Shown in pieces: positions 61,493 through 64,000 of a stretch of 64,000 bases of DNA (position 1 is the first letter of the stretch; each line of letters begins with the position of its first letter). The stretch covers positions 127,005,340 through 127,069,339 of the forward strand of contig NC_068981.1 in assembly GCF_001194135.2 (NCBI RefSeq). The letters are read 5' to 3'. The notes under the pieces were generated by a model. The model searched no databases. It was given only the letters and a program-made list of their open reading frames with translations, and was not told the DNA's origin. This DNA comes from Octopus bimaculoides (Eukaryota). The position numbers were made by a program, and so were the translations under genes.

Positions 61493-64000
61493 TAATCCTT
61501 GTGTGGTAATGAAAAGTGAAAGTGATATCCAATATTTGCTGTAGTTATTTGTCTTTGATTTAACAATGTGTCTATGTATCTACTTTTCTTTCGATGTATG
61601 TATCAGTCTACTCTGAAAATACTGATAAACATTTATAAACACAAAACGAGCGCCAACTTCCTTTCAGTCACCATTCACTGTCTTTCTCACTCTCTCTCTC
61701 TCCCTNNNNNNNNNNTTCCTCTCTGTCTCTTCTCTCTCTCGCTTTGCCACTCACTTCAACTATACCTCCTCTGCTCAACACCTTTTATTTCTCTTTTTCT
61801 TTGTACCTCTCCTTTCAACCTTTTTACCTCTTCCTGTGAAGTATGACACATACTACAGGTACGTACAAAAACAAAAACTTAGCGTGCTAATATTTAGGAC
61901 AAGTATGTATTGGTATTTGTTATGCGTACATACATACAATTGTGTATGTGTGTACACATACACATACACACACATGTATGTACATACACATACATACGTA
62001 CGTACACACATACATGCACGCATACATACACACTTATACATATATGAATACATACATACATACACACACACATACATACATACATACATACATACATACA
62101 TACTTACATACATATGTGACTGCTGCGTACACCCACAAGCACTCACGCGTACGAACACGCACATCGATGAAAAGCAGCTTAAAGAATGAAATTGTATTTA
62201 AGACATCATAAATCGACGCTAAGTGCATCCCACGCAAGTTTCTTACCAGAAGCAAGCTTGCACACTTCTCTTCAACTAGAATTATACTATTTATGCAGCT
62301 ATTACTTGAACCAGCTGTTGTCACTTAAATTATTTACTGTTGCGCTTGCTTCTTTTACAAGGTAACAATGCAGCATAACCTATAGTTGACAATTTTTATT
62401 TCAAATGATTCATTCTTATGTAGTGATAACTGCGTGATAATGGCTGTGAATTTAGTAGACTTCAAGATGAAGGGCGCATATTTTTGACGTCAATCTTTCT
62501 TTTTAAATTTAAAGATAAATATACCCGTATATTTTACGCCTACACATATTTATGCATTATTCTTAGTGATCTCCTTAGGTTAATTCTCGGACAAAGATTA
62601 AGCACATATGTGTAAGTTTTCTAAGACCACAAAGCTATGCGTTGATATATTTATCTTCTAGAAGTATAACTTCTATTGTTCATGTTGTTGTTAATGATTT
62701 ACTTTAACTGTTATTGTTGATTTATTTCTGTAGAAATGGCTGGAACGAGTGAAAGAAAAGCACTTAAAATACTCAAGAATGTCTCTGCTTTTGAAGGCAA
62801 AATTGTAATTGTTAAGTTGATTTGATTAAGCAAATGTTTAGCATTTTGCTACCTACCTGCAACCAAAAGACTGCAAGAAATTTGTGGGTAGGGAAAGAAT
62901 TCTAGGGGATTACATATGGAGACGAAGAAAAGGGAATATCAGATAATGATAAATGGGAAGCATGACAGATGGATACAATATGCAGTGGTGTAACAAGCAG
63001 GAGTTGTTATAAAGGGGAAACTTTAGTACGTTGATCCGGAGCCCGGAAAGCCAAGCAGGGGTCTAGGAAAATCTGACAAACACCCCCCTCTCTCTCTCTC
63101 TCTCTCTGAAAAAAAAACTTTCATCCATATTCCTTTCGCTTTGTGACCTGAAAGCAGTCTTGCTCTATCTTGCAGAATTTCTCGCAGTGGCCCTGGTTAC
63201 CAGGAATGGGAAAGGGGAACTTACGGTGTTACATTATCGCGGGGAGTGAAACAAAATGGCCGTCTGTAAAATTTTCGTGCAGTGTTTCAGTAGAAATTTA
63301 TTGTCATATTTTTAAATGAAAAATATCTAGACCAGTAAAATGCTACAAATTTTACTTCGACTTAACATACTCTCTCTACTATAGACACAAGGCTTGAAAT
63401 TTCGGGAACTAATCTACCCCAGTGCTCGACTGGTACTTATATCATCGACCAAAAAGGGATGAAAGGCAAGTTGACCTCAGCAGAATTTTGAACTCAGAGC
63501 GTAAAGCCGGAAGAAATGTCGTTAAACATTTTGTCAGACGTGCTAATGATTCTGCCAGCTCGCTGCCTTCGACTTTATATATTGTTGTGTAATTGTTCGA
63601 AGATAGAACAATCGCAAACTCATTTCAAAGAATAGAAAAAGACCTCTTTTGTACGCGAGTGTGTGTGGTGGAACAAAAAACAATAGATTAAAATCTCTCT
63701 CAAACACTCATATGGAATTATATTATACAGGTAACATAAGCACACACACTTACACATACACACACACACACAGATTTACAATACACGTTTAGGAGAGTGG
63801 GTTATATATCTTTAGATATACACCTAACTCTCCTACATTAAATTGGAAGAGAACCGAACGCAGAAACTCCAAACTGATCAACAACAACAAATATTTATTG
63901 TTCGGTGGAAAAGGTAAACAGCTTCTAATTGTCCGGTTTTAGAGTAGCCTGAAATGTAGATGTATGGTTCTTCGTGCTGGTGTCGTTATAGAGACAACTT

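Noticed and set aside
63040-63300. Possible second promoter or exon (AAAATGGCCG, CCTGGTTACCAGG, ttgcAG acceptor)
   Set aside because: The motifs are partial, the ORFs are short and unrecognised, and no donor or partner exon was found.

Overview
AT-rich, microsatellite-dense eukaryotic draft assembly with N gaps. The repeat content and style point to an octopus (coleoid cephalopod); this is inferred, not proven. Two convergent protein-coding genes are supported. The last coding exon of TMEM17 lies on + (1053-1295). A spliced PAGR1/PA1 orthologue lies on - (exons 28694-29006, 24210-24292 and 16399-21560, plus a probable first exon and promoter at about 43.7-43.9 kb); its last exon adds about 1,700 aa of polyQ and Ser-Pro-repeat low-complexity sequence with a PPPPY motif behind the conserved PAGR1 core. 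The rest is intronic or intergenic, with several tRNA-headed SINE families, CR1-like and RTE LINE remnants, four Tc1/mariner remnants, hAT and piggyBac-type MITEs, a foldback element, Penelope-type fragments with minimal hammerhead ribozyme motifs, and a decayed Helitron helicase. The most striking object is a 230-bp micro-LTR element (30205-30434): two 58-bp TG...CA LTRs, an ATAT target-site duplication, and a primer-binding site that continues through almost a whole mature tRNA-Pro. The copied tRNA differs from the canonical sequence at I34, m1G37 and m1A58, which looks like tRNA modifications fossilised as reverse-transcription errors. All protein and RNA comparisons are from memory; no searches were run.
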